A stretch of 64,000 nt of DNA from Deltaproteobacteria bacterium (GCA_034670305.1 JAXMNT010000005.1:1-64000), one strand, 5' to 3'; positions 51,303-61,821 are shown, counted from the stretch's first letter. Numbers and translations: made by a program. The notes: generated by a model not told the origin, from the sequence alone.

Positions 51303-52712
51303 ATGAGCGTTACCAAGACGCCGTCGAAGACACGCCGAAAGAAGTCCTCCGCCAAGTCATCCGACGCGGCGAAGAGCACGGCGCCTTCAACCACTGACGA
51401 ATCGAACCCCGCGAGCGCTGAGCGCACGCCCTCGGAGGCACCTGTGTCCCACGATGATCGGTATCAGTTCTTCAAGGTCGTCCAGGACTACCTGGACCGC
51501 GCCGCGAAGGAAGTCTCTCTTCCCGACCACGTCCGCGAGATGCTCGCGCAGCCCAAGAACGAACTCATCACCCACTTCCCCGTCCGCATGGACGACGGGT
51601 CGATGAAGCAGTTCAAGGGCTACCGCATCCAGCACAACAACCTTCTCGGGCCCTACAAAGGTGGACTTCGTTTCCACCACTCGGTCTCGCTCGACGATCT
51701 GAAAGCGCTCGCCACGATGATGACGTGGAAGTGTGCGCTCATGAACATCCCCTTCGGTGGCGCCAAGGGCGGCGTGAAGGTCGACGTCAGCCAGCTCAGC
51801 CAGGCGGAGCTCATGCGCGTCACGCGCCGGTTCACCCACGCCCTCGGCAACAACATCGGACCGAACTACGACATCCCCGCGCCCGACGTCGGCACCAACG
51901 CGCAGGTCATGGTCTGGATCATGGACACCTACATGAACCAGGTGGACCACGCCTCGAAGAACGCGCAGCGCGCGGTCGTCACCGGCAAGACGCTGACCTG
52001 TGGTGGCAGCGAAGGCCGCGAGAAGGCCACCGCGCAGGGCGTCGTGCACTGCATCACGGAGTGGGCGCTCGACAACCGCTTCGACCTCGAAGGCAAGACC
52101 GCGATCATTCAGGGCTTCGGCAACGTGGGCAGCCACGCGGCACTCATCCTGAACCGACTCGGGGTCAGCACGATCGCGGTCGGCGATCACTCGGGTTACC
52201 TCCGTACGACCGAAGGCTTCAACGCCCACAAGCTCACCGAGTACGTGAAGCAACACGGCTCGATCGCGGGCTACGGCAGCGGCGAAGAGATCACACGCGA
52301 AGAGTTCTTCGCCACCAAGGCAGACCTCTTCATTCCTGCAGCGCTCGAGAACCAGATCGGGGAAGCGGAGGCGCAGGCGCTCGACGTCAAGCTCATCGCC
52401 GAGGGCGCCAACGGCCCGTGCAACCCGAAGGGCGAACGCATCCTCGTGGAGCGCGGCATTCCGATCATCCCGGACGTGCTCGCCAACTCCGGTGGTGTGA
52501 CCGTCAGCTACTACGAGTGGGTGCAGAACCTTCGTTCCGAATCGTGGGACCTCGAAGAGGTCGACATGCGCCTCGAGAAGGCGATGAAGAAGCACTACCG
52601 GCGCACCATGTTCTTCGCCCAAGAGAAGGGCGTCGAGCCGCGCATCGCGGCCTACGCGCTGGCCCTCGAGAACCTCGGCCAGGCGTACAAAGAGCGCGGC
52701 ATCTTCCCCTGA
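51303..52712 (+). CDS. gdhA: Glu/Leu/Phe/Val dehydrogenase (glutamate dehydrogenase)
   Basis: GPYKGGLRF, GGAKGG, DIPAPDVGT, QGFGNVG, EGANGP and NSGGVTVSYYEW motifs. Start uncertain. Confidence 0.9.
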   Translation: MSVTKTPSKTRRKKSSAKSSDAAKSTAPSTTDESNPASAERTPSEAPVSHDDRYQFFKVVQDYLDRAAKEVSLPDHVREMLAQPKNELITHFPVRMDDGSMKQFKGYRIQHNNLLGPYKGGLRFHHSVSLDDLKALATMMTWKCALMNIPFGGAKGGVKVDVSQLSQAELMRVTRRFTHALGNNIGPNYDIPAPDVGTNAQVMVWIMDTYMNQVDHASKNAQRAVVTGKTLTCGGSEGREKATAQGVVHCITEWALDNRFDLEGKTAIIQGFGNVGSHAALILNRLGVSTIAVGDHSGYLRTTEGFNAHKLTEYVKQHGSIAGYGSGEEITREEFFATKADLFIPAALENQIGEAEAQALDVKLIAEGANGPCNPKGERILVERGIPIIPDVLANSGGVTVSYYEWVQNLRSESWDLEEVDMRLEKAMKKHYRRTMFFAQEKGVEPRIAAYALALENLGQAYKERGIFP

Positions 52713-52720
52713 ACGAAACG

Positions 52721-53503
52721 TTGAACGAGTGGCTTCGGGCGGAGCCATTCTCGCTCTGTCTCTCGAGCGGCTTCTTCGGCTTCTTCGCGCACGCGGGCTT
52801 CGTCTGCGCGCTCGAAGAAGCCGGACTGCGTCCGTCGCGGGTCAGCGGCTCGAGCGCCGGTGCGTTGGTCGCGTCGTGTGTCGCGATGGGTGTGCCCGGC
52901 GAACGGTTGGCGGACCGGTTCCTCTCGCTGCAGCGCGCCGACTTCTGGGATCCCTTCTACGCCGGCCGGCCGACCGTGCCGAAGTTCGGTTTGCTCGAAG
53001 GACGGCTCTTCGAAGCGGAGCTCGAGCGGATCTTTCTCGCCGGCACCGCCCAAGAGGCGCCAACCTTCGACGACTGCGCGCTCCCGTTGACCGTCAGCGC
53101 CTGGGACGTGCAACGACGCCAGACCGTCGTGCTCGCCGAAGGCCCGGTCGCACCCGCCGTGCACGCGAGCTGCGCGTTCCCCGGTCTCTTCCAGATGGTG
53201 CCGCACCAGGGCCGCCTGCTCTGGGACGGCGGCATCGCCGACCGGCCGGGACTCGCGGGGCTCGAAGGACATGGGACGCGCGTGCTGATGCACCACCTCG
53301 AGTCGCGGTCGTGGTGGCGCACTGGCGACTCCGCCAAGGTACCGACGACACCCGGGGTGCAGGTCGTCACGCTCGGGGCGCTTCCGCGATCGGGCCCGTC
53401 GAAACTCGCGGAGGGACGCCGCGCGTTTGGCATCGCACGCGACCGGACGCGGCGGGCACTCACGCTGCCGATGCGCGGCGGTGTTCTTCGCGTCTCCCGG
53501 TGA
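52721..53503 (+). CDS. Patatin-like phospholipase
   Basis: LSSGFFGFFAHAG, GSSAG nucleophile elbow and DGG motif. Confidence 0.85.
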   Translation: MNEWLRAEPFSLCLSSGFFGFFAHAGFVCALEEAGLRPSRVSGSSAGALVASCVAMGVPGERLADRFLSLQRADFWDPFYAGRPTVPKFGLLEGRLFEAELERIFLAGTAQEAPTFDDCALPLTVSAWDVQRRQTVVLAEGPVAPAVHASCAFPGLFQMVPHQGRLLWDGGIADRPGLAGLEGHGTRVLMHHLESRSWWRTGDSAKVPTTPGVQVVTLGALPRSGPSKLAEGRRAFGIARDRTRRALTLPMRGGVLRVSR

Positions 53504-53534
53504 GGTTCCCCGACGACATGCTACGCGTGTGCCG

Positions 53535-54794
53535 GTGAGGTTGTTCGGACCGGCGCTCCTCTGCATCGTGTGCACCGCGTGTTCGGTCGCCACGCGACCG
53601 CCGATCCTGTCCGCGGCCGACCCGGTCGAGCCGCCGGAAGAGCCCCCGCCCGTGGCGCCGCTCGAACCGGAGCGGCTCGAGTTGCGGTGGACGCCCGAGG
53701 GCGCGGCGGCCCGCGCCGGCATGCACGAAGCGCAGTACCCGTTCGACGTCGCCTGGAGACTCGATTCTCCGCGCGAGTCGGCGTGGCTCGCGCTCCCGAG
53801 GACAGTCGAAGGGCCGCTCCAAACGCTCCCCGAATCCGCCGAACCGAACGCACCGGTCTGGATGGTGCGCGGCGAAGGAATCACCGAGACGCACGGTGGC
53901 GTGACGCTCACGTGTCTCGGTGCCTGCGATGCGGCGCGCGCGGCCCTGCAGGCGGTGCCGCCTTCGCTCGCGCTCGAAGGCGCCGTCCTAATCGCGTTCG
54001 AGCCCAACGCCGACCTCGAACCGACCCAGTTCGTCGGCCCAGGGTTCGTCGTCGGCCGCGGCGACGGCCACACCCTGCGCTGGCAGGACCTTGTCGCCGC
54101 CATGGTCCCCGGACCGTCCCATTGGCGCGCGGGCGTCGCGCGCTACGCGGAGTGGACCATCGCGTCGGAGGGCGACGGCGCGCGTCTGCTTCGTCTGGTC
54201 GCAGAAGCCTACGCCCGTCACCGCACCGCACCGCATCCGATCGCGGCCGGCGACGACCTCGATGGGGCCGGTCTGCTCGCATTCTGCGCCGACCTACACA
54301 GCAGCGGCTCCATCTGGAACCAGCGATCGAACGTGGCCGAAGCCACCGACCCGCCGACCGCGCAGCGGTGGCGAACATGGGTCGAAGAAGCCGCGGCGTT
54401 TCGTGGCGTGGTCGAGTTCGACGGATGTCTGCGCGCCGCTGGCTTGAAGCTCGTGGCCCTTCGGGTACCGCGCTACGAGACCCGGTCGATCCGGCGACTG
54501 CTCGGGGGCGCGACGGCCGAAGGAACCCCGCCCGTCGTGGTCCGCAGCCCAGGCCCGCTGCGACCGGGCGATCGGCTCCTCTACCTGCGTGGGGTGCGGC
54601 TCGAGAGCCTGGACGACATCGGCCTCGCGCTGGTCGGCATCGAGCGCGGTCGGCGGCTCGTGCTCACCGTTCAGCGGGACGAGCGCAGGGTCCGCCAGTG
54701 GCTCACGGTACCCACGCTGGAGGCGGAATCCGAAGCGGTTCGGTTCGCCATCGAAGCCCCCGACGACTGGTCGGCGCCCCACCGATCTCCGTGA
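53535..54794 (+). CDS. Hypothetical lipoprotein with a PDZ-like C-terminus
   Basis: Lipobox IVCTA-C; LRPGDRLLYLRG...LTVQRD. Confidence 0.6.
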   Translation: MRLFGPALLCIVCTACSVATRPPILSAADPVEPPEEPPPVAPLEPERLELRWTPEGAAARAGMHEAQYPFDVAWRLDSPRESAWLALPRTVEGPLQTLPESAEPNAPVWMVRGEGITETHGGVTLTCLGACDAARAALQAVPPSLALEGAVLIAFEPNADLEPTQFVGPGFVVGRGDGHTLRWQDLVAAMVPGPSHWRAGVARYAEWTIASEGDGARLLRLVAEAYARHRTAPHPIAAGDDLDGAGLLAFCADLHSSGSIWNQRSNVAEATDPPTAQRWRTWVEEAAAFRGVVEFDGCLRAAGLKLVALRVPRYETRSIRRLLGGATAEGTPPVVVRSPGPLRPGDRLLYLRGVRLESLDDIGLALVGIERGRRLVLTVQRDERRVRQWLTVPTLEAESEAVRFAIEAPDDWSAPHRSP

Positions 54795-54855
54795 TCTTCC
54801 GGGTTCGGGTGCGGCGTAGTTGACAGGAGGGGCCCAAAGCCGCGTCAATGGCACC

Positions 54856-55983
54856 GTGACCGACACCCCTCAGAGCGTGCTGGAGGGCGAGATCCCCGAA
54901 GGCGGCATCGTGACGATGCTCCTGGAGATCGAAGCGCTCCGCACCACCGGTGTGCTCCGGTTCTCCGGACCGTGCGAAGGCGAAGTCTCGCTCGTGCTCG
55001 GTCAGATCAGCGCGGACCAAGACGAACGGGAAGACGAAGAAGATCCGATCGAACTGTTGCTCGCCATGACGAGCGGGCACTTCGAGATCATTCAGCGCCT
55101 CCCTCCCTTGCCCGTGTCGAAGGGAGACACGACCCGCAAAGAGGGCTCTCTCGAAGTGCATGTGCCGGCGGACCTGATGAACTACTGCGAGCGCGCCGGT
55201 CTGACCGGCATGCTCTCGCTCGAGCAGGACGACATGCGGGCCGAGGTTCGATACGAGCGCGGCGAGCTCGACACCATCCGTCTCGACGGACTCGATGATC
55301 TCCACCACGTCTTCGGCTGGGACGAGGGACACTTCGTCGTCGACACTTACGCGGACGCGCCTTGGCTCGAGGACCTGCCCGACCCCGAAGAAGAGCCAGA
55401 GGAAGTTGCCGACGAAGCCGACGCCGACGAAGCCAAGGCTGCTGCGAACCCGCCGACGCCCAAGCCCAAGCCGCCGCGCCCCGACACCACGGGGCAGCAG
55501 TTTCTTCGGGTCGTCGAGGTCACCCTCGCGGAGGTGTTGCGCGAACGCGAAGAACGCCGGCCGCCGACCCGAACGAGTCCGCCGCTCCCGGATCTTCCGA
55601 AACCGAAGAAACACGCCACGCTCCTGCCCCCCGGCGGCGCGAAGCCCAAACGCAAAGAGCGCAAGGACCAGACGGTCCGGGTGATCTACCTGGGCGCGGA
55701 TGTCGCGAAGGCGCCTCCCGTCGGCGTGCGACACGTGCAAAAGGGCGTGGTTGGAGAAGAAGAGTTGCCCGAGGCCGCGCCCGCGCGGCGAGGAAAAGAT
55801 GCGATGAAGGAAGCCGCCGCCACTGCAGACCAGACGCCCGCCGAGGGCCAAGGCGACAAGGGCGACGCCAAGGGTGGCGAAGGCAAAACGAAGGAGCTTC
55901 CCACGATCGTCTGGGCCCTCATCGCAGTGATGATCGCGCTGACCGCGCTGACGATCTTGGCGGCGCTGCCGCCGGTCGACTGA
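54856..55983 (+). CDS. DUF4388 (PatA-N)-like tandem-domain protein with a C-terminal TM
   Basis: Two repeats LEGEI...RTTGVLRF and EGSLE...GLTGMLSL...W.EGHF, a low-complexity linker and a C-terminal hydrophobic helix. Confidence 0.65.
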   Translation: MTDTPQSVLEGEIPEGGIVTMLLEIEALRTTGVLRFSGPCEGEVSLVLGQISADQDEREDEEDPIELLLAMTSGHFEIIQRLPPLPVSKGDTTRKEGSLEVHVPADLMNYCERAGLTGMLSLEQDDMRAEVRYERGELDTIRLDGLDDLHHVFGWDEGHFVVDTYADAPWLEDLPDPEEEPEEVADEADADEAKAAANPPTPKPKPPRPDTTGQQFLRVVEVTLAEVLREREERRPPTRTSPPLPDLPKPKKHATLLPPGGAKPKRKERKDQTVRVIYLGADVAKAPPVGVRHVQKGVVGEEELPEAAPARRGKDAMKEAAATADQTPAEGQGDKGDAKGGEGKTKELPTIVWALIAVMIALTALTILAALPPVD

Positions 55984-56020
55984 ACGCGCGCCGGGTGCGG
56001 CTCTGAGCGAGGGCGGTGTC

Positions 56021-56290
56021 GGCTTCGGGAACCGCAGTGCTGGCTTCGGGAACCGCAGTGCTGGCTTCGGGAACCGCAGGTGCTGGCTTCGGGAGCCCCA
56101 GTGCTGTCCGTGGCACCGCAGTGCTGGCCTCGAGAACCGCAGTGCTGGCTTCGGGAGTCGCAGTACTGTCCGTGGCAACCGCAGTGCTGGCTTCGGGAGT
56201 CGCAGTGCTGTCCGTGGCAACCGCAGTGCTGTCCGTGGGAAGCGCAGTGCTGTCCGTGGGAAGCGCAGTGCTGCGGGCGCGAAACGCAGT
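56021..56290. repeat. Tandem array of ~13 x 21-bp units with a near-invariant CGCAGTGCT core
   Basis: Units such as GGCTTCGGGAACCGCAGTGCT and GTCCGTGGCAACCGCAGTGCT; one 22-nt and one 20-nt unit. Confidence 0.92.
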
Positions 56291-56302
56291 AGGCTTCGAC
56301 CC

Positions 56303-58132
56303 GTGTCGTCTTTCCGCGCGATTCTGATCTGTGTCGCTGCATGGATCCTCGCGACCAGCGGTGCTGGCCTCGGGAATCGCAGCGTGCAGGCGCAGTTGGA
56401 CGGCGGCGTGCGGGATGGGGGCGTGCGCGTCGGCGGGGTCGATGCGGGTGCCGGCGGCGCAGCGGAAACCGACGCCGTTCCCGGAGCCGAAACCGACGCC
56501 GAAGCCGACCCCGAAACCGACGCCGAAGCCGACCCCGATGCCGATGCCGGTGCCGATGCCGATGCCGATGCCGATGCCGATGCCGATGCCGATGCCGAAA
56601 CCGAAGCCGATGCCGATGCCGACGCCGATGCCGACGCCGATGCCGACGCCGATGCCGACGCCGACGCCGAAGCCGACGCCGATGCCGACTTCGATCCGGA
56701 CGAGGCGAGGTTCGGCGACGACCTCGACGACGAGCCGTTTGCCGAGGGCGAGGTTCGGGTTCGCTACTTTCTCGAGCGGGTGCAGGTGCGGGGGAACCGG
56801 AAGACGCGGACCGCAGTCATCCGTGAGTTCGTGCCGTTCACAGCCGGCTCGGTCATCGATCCCGAGAACGAAGCGTTCGAGTCCATTCAGATCCGGTTGC
56901 GCGGCACCGGCTGGTTTCGAACGGTCCGGCTCTCCCTCGAACCGGGCGCGCGGCGCGGCTGGGCCGTGCTCGTCATCGACGTCGAAGAACGCAACAGCAT
57001 CGTCATCAGTGGACTGACGCTTGGCATCAGCGAAGGGTTGAACAACTCCACCGACTCCACCGCAGACCCGGTCCCCTACCTCGGCGCGACCCTGACCGAG
57101 ACCAACCTCTTCGGCACCGGCGCGCAGCTCTCTCTCGGCGGGCTCGGCTCGACGCGCGGCTGGGGACTCGACCTCGAGTACGACAACCCGCGCCTCTTGC
57201 CACGCCGCTACGGCCTGCGCGCCGGCGGCTTCATGCAGCGCGCCCGGCAGTACTTCGGCAACGACCCACTGCTCGCTGGCGAGTGTCCAAGCGAAGTGGT
57301 CGGGTGCATGGAAGAACGCGCCGCGCGCAACGCGGTGGTCTTCTACCAGCGCGGCGGCATCGTGCTCGGCACGGGCCACGAACTCGGGGCGGTGACCCGA
57401 TTCGACCTCGACTGGCAGGGCGAAGTGCTCGATCTCCGGTCGCGGCCGGAAGCGGCGAGTGAACGCCGCGGGTCCGAGACCCGTCCCATCGATTGGCACA
57501 TTCACGATGGCGTCAGTTACCTCTCGATGGTGCGGTTCGGATTGACCTTCGACCGCCGCAACGACCCGGCGCTTCCTTCGCGCGGCGTGTACGCACGGTT
57601 TCAGTCCGAGGTCGCGCACCGGCTGATCGGCAGCGACTACGACTTCCTGCGCGCCCAGCTCGTGTTCCGCGCGTGGCAACCACTGCCGCGGCAGCACTCG
57701 CTCCGCTTCGGGCTCTTCTTCGGCGCCGTCGTCGGCAACGCACCCTTCCCGTACCTCTTCCAGATCTCGGACCTGACCGACCTCATCCCGGCGCGCGTGC
57801 AGGGCATTCAGCTCGACCGCCGGGAAGCGCCGAACTTCTTTGGCACCTCCGTGTCGGTGATGCGCGCGCAAGAGTTCGCGAGCCGCATCGACCTGCAGTA
57901 CGAGCTGCCGCTGGTTCGCAGCCCACGACGCGTACGCGCGCTCAACGGCTACGTGAACGTGGGCGTGTACGTGCTCTCTGACTTCGACGATCTCGCCGTC
58001 GCGGTCCCCGGCTTCGTCGGTGCGTCGCGCATCCCGATCGACCTGACCTTCGACATCGGCCTGCGCATGGACACCCGGGTGGGCGTGTTCAAGATCGGGT
58101 TCTCCAGCGTGCTCGGGTTGATCGCCCTGTGA
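56303..58132 (+). CDS. BamA/TamA (Omp85) family outer-membrane protein with one POTRA domain and an acidic DA-repeat linker
   Basis: Signal peptide, (DA)n tract, [21 protein letters not shown]...[27 protein letters not shown] and terminal beta strands. Confidence 0.8.
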   Translation: MSSFRAILICVAAWILATSGAGLGNRSVQAQLDGGVRDGGVRVGGVDAGAGGAAETDAVPGAETDAEADPETDAEADPDADAGADADADADADADADAETEADADADADADADADADADADAEADADADFDPDEARFGDDLDDEPFAEGEVRVRYFLERVQVRGNRKTRTAVIREFVPFTAGSVIDPENEAFESIQIRLRGTGWFRTVRLSLEPGARRGWAVLVIDVEERNSIVISGLTLGISEGLNNSTDSTADPVPYLGATLTETNLFGTGAQLSLGGLGSTRGWGLDLEYDNPRLLPRRYGLRAGGFMQRARQYFGNDPLLAGECPSEVVGCMEERAARNAVVFYQRGGIVLGTGHELGAVTRFDLDWQGEVLDLRSRPEAASERRGSETRPIDWHIHDGVSYLSMVRFGLTFDRRNDPALPSRGVYARFQSEVAHRLIGSDYDFLRAQLVFRAWQPLPRQHSLRFGLFFGAVVGNAPFPYLFQISDLTDLIPARVQGIQLDRREAPNFFGTSVSVMRAQEFASRIDLQYELPLVRSPRRVRALNGYVNVGVYVLSDFDDLAVAVPGFVGASRIPIDLTFDIGLRMDTRVGVFKIGFSSVLGLIAL

Positions 58133-58797
58133 GGTCGCAGGCTCGGGCCCAACGGACGTGGTCGCTGCGGATGCGGACCGCCTGTCTCGTGTTCGCGTCG
58201 CTCTTGTGGTGCACCAGCATCACCGAAGCGCAGCACCGCCTCCCGGTACGGCGGGTCGGGGTGATGTGGCAGAACGGCACCCCGCGCATCAACGTCAGCG
58301 TCCGCGATCTCGCGAACACTCCATCGGTGCGGCGCTCCCTCACGAGCGGCATCGCACGACGCATGAACGTGAGTGTGCAGACCTTCCGCAGCGGATCCGC
58401 TCGGCCCGTCGCGAGCCGTTCGTTCGCCTGCACGATCACCTACGACATCTTCGAGCGGAGCTTCGTCGTGCGTCGGGGCCGGCGCAGCGCGGTCGCCTCA
58501 GATTACGACGACGTGCTCGAGCGTTGCTTGACCCTGCGACGGCACCGCGCGGGCACCGCCGCGGAGTTCGCGGGGCTCGAAGGCCAGACGATCTTCTTCG
58601 CGGTGCGCGCCGAGTTCAACCCGATCGACCGGCGCCGTTGCCGGCAGCTGCTGCGCGGGAGCGGTTCGTCGCAGCAGGATCCCATCGGACCCATCGTGAT
58701 CAACATCGTGCGCCGCGAGATCTGCGAAGCGGAGCGGGTGGTCGAGTTCCGGTCGCAAGACATCGTGGTGCCGGCCTCGAACGGTGGGTCGCGGTGA
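58129..58797 (+). CDS. DUF4390-like exported protein
   Basis: Signal peptide, SLTSGI...CTITYDIFERSF, coupled to an NtrY-like kinase as is typical for DUF4390. Start may be 58171. Confidence 0.6.
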   Translation: MRSQARAQRTWSLRMRTACLVFASLLWCTSITEAQHRLPVRRVGVMWQNGTPRINVSVRDLANTPSVRRSLTSGIARRMNVSVQTFRSGSARPVASRSFACTITYDIFERSFVVRRGRRSAVASDYDDVLERCLTLRRHRAGTAAEFAGLEGQTIFFAVRAEFNPIDRRRCRQLLRGSGSSQQDPIGPIVINIVRREICEAERVVEFRSQDIVVPASNGGSR

Positions 58798-60296
58798 AGG
58801 GCTTGTCGCGCTTCGAACGGAAGATCCTGGCCGCGATCGCCTTCGTCGGTCTGGCACCGCTGATCGGTGCGTTGGTGCTCGGCCGGTCCACCGTCACAGA
58901 CGCCTACCGAACCGGCGTGAACCCCTCGGTGCGGGAACAGCTCGACGGTGCGGTCGCCCTGTATCAGACGCACCTCGAGACCCTGCGGGAAGACGCCGAA
59001 CGCACCGCGGATGCGATCGCCTTTCACCGCGATCTCGACACCCCGGATCCCGAGGTCCTTCGACCCCGACTCGACGCGCTGCTCGACCGCTACGCCCACG
59101 TCGCCTCGATCGAACTCTCGACCGACGACGAGACGCTGGTACGACGCGAGCGCACCGAGCGGCTGGACCCCGAGACGCGTCGGCCCATCACGCTGCGCCG
59201 CACCGTCGCAGGCCGCGAGGTGGTCGTCGTCGTCACCGCGCCGGTCCGGGTGTTCGAAGGGCTGCAGGAAGCCGGCGAACAGGCGGAGTTCTACGGGCGC
59301 ATGCTGGAGTCGGCGGACTTCGTCAGCGGCACGTACGTGTGGGTCTACATCGGTTTGCTCGCGCTGCTGATCTTGGTCGCCCTCGGGCTCGCGGGCATCG
59401 TCGCGCGGCGGGTCACCGGCCGGGTCACAGATCTCGCGGACGCGGCGCGCAAAGTCGGTCGTGGCGACCTGACCGTGCGGGTGCCGACCAGTGGTCGAGA
59501 CGAGGTCTTCGAACTCACCGAAGCGTTCAACGCCATGGTCGCCGACCTGCGCGACAGCCGCGCGCGCATCGACTACCTGCAGCGCATCGGCGCCTGGCAG
59601 CAGTTCGCCCGCCGCCTCGCGCACGAAATCAAGAACCCGCTCACGCCGATCCAGCTCGCCGCGCAAGAGATGGTGCGCAGCTACGAAGGGGACGACGCCT
59701 ACCGAAGCAAACTCGAAGAGGCGGTGTCGATCATCGAAGAGGAAGTCGCGACCCTCCGGCGCCTGGTGAGTGAGTTCAGCTCGTTCGCGAAGCTGCCCGA
59801 AGCGGACCTCGCGCCCGCGGACCTCGGGGAGTTCTTGCTCGACGTCGAACGGAGCGTGGCCGCCATCGCCGACGACGTCTTCGAAGACGAGCCCGCGCCC
59901 GAGGTCACGTTCAAGACCCAGGACGTGCCGATGCCGGTTCGGCTCGACGCGATGATGCTCAAGCGTTGCGTGGACAACCTCATCCGAAATGCGTTTCAAG
60001 CCATCCGCGACGCGGCCACCGAACCGGACGCCAAACCGCCCGGCGAGACCCGACTGCGCGTGCGCGCCACCCTCGAGGACGGCCACGCGGTCCTGCGGGT
60101 GGAGGACGACGGACCCGGCGTCGAAGAAAGCCACCTCGACCGGTTGTTCGATCCCTACTTCACGACCAAACTCGACGGCACTGGCCTCGGCCTGGCCATC
60201 GTCAAGAAGGTGGTCTTGGAGCACGGCGGCGAGATCGCGTACGAGGAGTCCCTCTGGGGCGGCGCTTGTTTTGCGATCCGCCTCCCGATCGACTGA
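58794..60296 (+). CDS. HAMP-domain sensor histidine kinase (NtrY-like)
   Basis: Two TM segments, HAMP, AWQQFARRLAHEIKNPLTPIQL, NLIRNA, DDGPG and FTTK..GTGLGL. Confidence 0.92.
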   Translation: MKGLSRFERKILAAIAFVGLAPLIGALVLGRSTVTDAYRTGVNPSVREQLDGAVALYQTHLETLREDAERTADAIAFHRDLDTPDPEVLRPRLDALLDRYAHVASIELSTDDETLVRRERTERLDPETRRPITLRRTVAGREVVVVVTAPVRVFEGLQEAGEQAEFYGRMLESADFVSGTYVWVYIGLLALLILVALGLAGIVARRVTGRVTDLADAARKVGRGDLTVRVPTSGRDEVFELTEAFNAMVADLRDSRARIDYLQRIGAWQQFARRLAHEIKNPLTPIQLAAQEMVRSYEGDDAYRSKLEEAVSIIEEEVATLRRLVSEFSSFAKLPEADLAPADLGEFLLDVERSVAAIADDVFEDEPAPEVTFKTQDVPMPVRLDAMMLKRCVDNLIRNAFQAIRDAATEPDAKPPGETRLRVRATLEDGHAVLRVEDDGPGVEESHLDRLFDPYFTTKLDGTGLGLAIVKKVVLEHGGEIAYEESLWGGACFAIRLPID

Positions 60297-60308
60297 GCCA
60301 ATCCATCC

Positions 60309-60839
60309 ATGAAGACCGACCTCCAACGCTTGGCGCCCTGGCTCGCCGCCATCGGAACCCTCGCGCTGCTCGCCACGGTCGGCCTGGTGCCGAAGTGCGG
60401 CCTGCGGCAGCCCGCGCCGCCCTTCGTCTCGGAGGTGGTGGCCGGGGAGGGCATCGGGGACCGGGTCGCGCTCGAGCACTTGGCCGGCAAAGTGGTGCTG
60501 CTCGACTTCTGGGCCAGCTGGTGTCCGCCCTGCCGGGCTTCGATCCCGGTGCTCAACGGGGTTCACGCCCAGTTCGGGTCGGAAGTGCAGATGTATGGGG
60601 TCAATGTGGAGCGGTTCGGGCCCGAGCGGGTCCAACAGGCCCACACCAACTTCGGGGCCGAATTCCCGAGTCTTCAGGACGTCTCCGGTGAGCTGCAGGC
60701 CATGTTCGGGGTGGAGAGCTATCCGACCCTCGTGCTCATCGATGGGACCGGCGCGATCCGTCACGTAGAGGCTGGAGTGCCGGACCAGGCGGCCCTGGCG
60801 GATCGCATCTCTGGACTACTTTCCGAACAATCTCAATAA
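60309..60839 (+). CDS. TlpA/ResA-family thiol-disulfide oxidoreductase
   Basis: N-terminal anchor, GKVVLLDFWASWCPPC and YPT. Confidence 0.9.
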   Translation: MKTDLQRLAPWLAAIGTLALLATVGLVPKCGLRQPAPPFVSEVVAGEGIGDRVALEHLAGKVVLLDFWASWCPPCRASIPVLNGVHAQFGSEVQMYGVNVERFGPERVQQAHTNFGAEFPSLQDVSGELQAMFGVESYPTLVLIDGTGAIRHVEAGVPDQAALADRISGLLSEQSQ

Positions 60840-61018
60840 GTTCGACGTCTCGACATTGATCCATCGGCCGTCTTTTGGTAGATTCCGCCGCCGCTGCCAG
60901 CCATGAGTGCTGCCGGGGGGGCCTTCGGGCCCAGGGAACACGTATCGAGCCATGGGCTCGGTGAACATGGGTCGTTTCGTTCCGACGATCGCTCGAAGGA
61001 ACAAAGGGAGAAGTCGGC

Positions 61019-61780
61019 TTGGTCAAGCAGCTGAAAGGCGCCAGCCTCGAATCGCGGGTCGCGCGCCTGCAGGAGCTCCAAAAGGTAGCGCCGGAAGGTC
61101 TCGTCGAGCAATTCGAAGAGACCCTGGACCTGTCGTGGATCTATCACGACAGCGCACTCGAGGGGGTCGTGTACACGAAGGAAGAACTCACCGGCGCATT
61201 CTCCGACGAGGTTGTCACCGACTCCGCGTTGCTGCCGGTGTACGACGAGATCCGCAACCACAAAGCGGCCATCCTGATGATCCGCGAGATGGCGCGAAAG
61301 AAGCGGTTCTCGGTCACCCTCGACGTGATCAAGAAGCTGTACGCGCAGCTGGCACCGGAAGAACTCGAGGGACGGCCGCAGCCCACCTACCGCAAGGACA
61401 TGCCGCTGCACCGGCTGTACTTCCACGAGATCGCGCCGCCCGAGAAGATCAGCTACCGGATGAGGCAGCTCGTTCAGTGGATGAACGCAGCCGACACCAA
61501 GCGGTCCACCCATCCGGTGCGGCTCGCGTCCAAGTCGCACGTGCAGCTGCTGCACATCTACCCGTTCCCGCGCCAGAGCGGGAAGGTCGCGCGCCTCGTG
61601 ATGAACTTGCTGCTGCTTCGCCTCGGCTACCCGCCGGTGATCATTCACGCGACGCAGCGGCAGCGGTACTACGACGCGCTCAAGCAGTCCGAAGACAAGG
61701 TCTCGGTGCTGATCAACGCCGCGCTTGGGGCCTCGGTCGAGAGCACGATCCGGTTCTTCGAAGAAGCGGGCGTGCGCTGA
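61019..61780 (+). CDS. Fic-domain protein with a degenerate active site
   Basis: IYHDSALEG, HPVRLA..H..LLHIYPFPRQSGKVARLVMN.LLL..GYPP and YYDAL. Confidence 0.8.
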   Translation: MVKQLKGASLESRVARLQELQKVAPEGLVEQFEETLDLSWIYHDSALEGVVYTKEELTGAFSDEVVTDSALLPVYDEIRNHKAAILMIREMARKKRFSVTLDVIKKLYAQLAPEELEGRPQPTYRKDMPLHRLYFHEIAPPEKISYRMRQLVQWMNAADTKRSTHPVRLASKSHVQLLHIYPFPRQSGKVARLVMNLLLLRLGYPPVIIHATQRQRYYDALKQSEDKVSVLINAALGASVESTIRFFEEAGVR

Positions 61781-61821
61781 AGCCGCCTCGCCCTTCTGGG
61801 CGAGGTCGGCCACGTGATGTC

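Noticed and set aside
56021-56290. 21-bp array as a CRISPR array
   Set aside because: No unique spacers, the period is too short, and no cas genes are present
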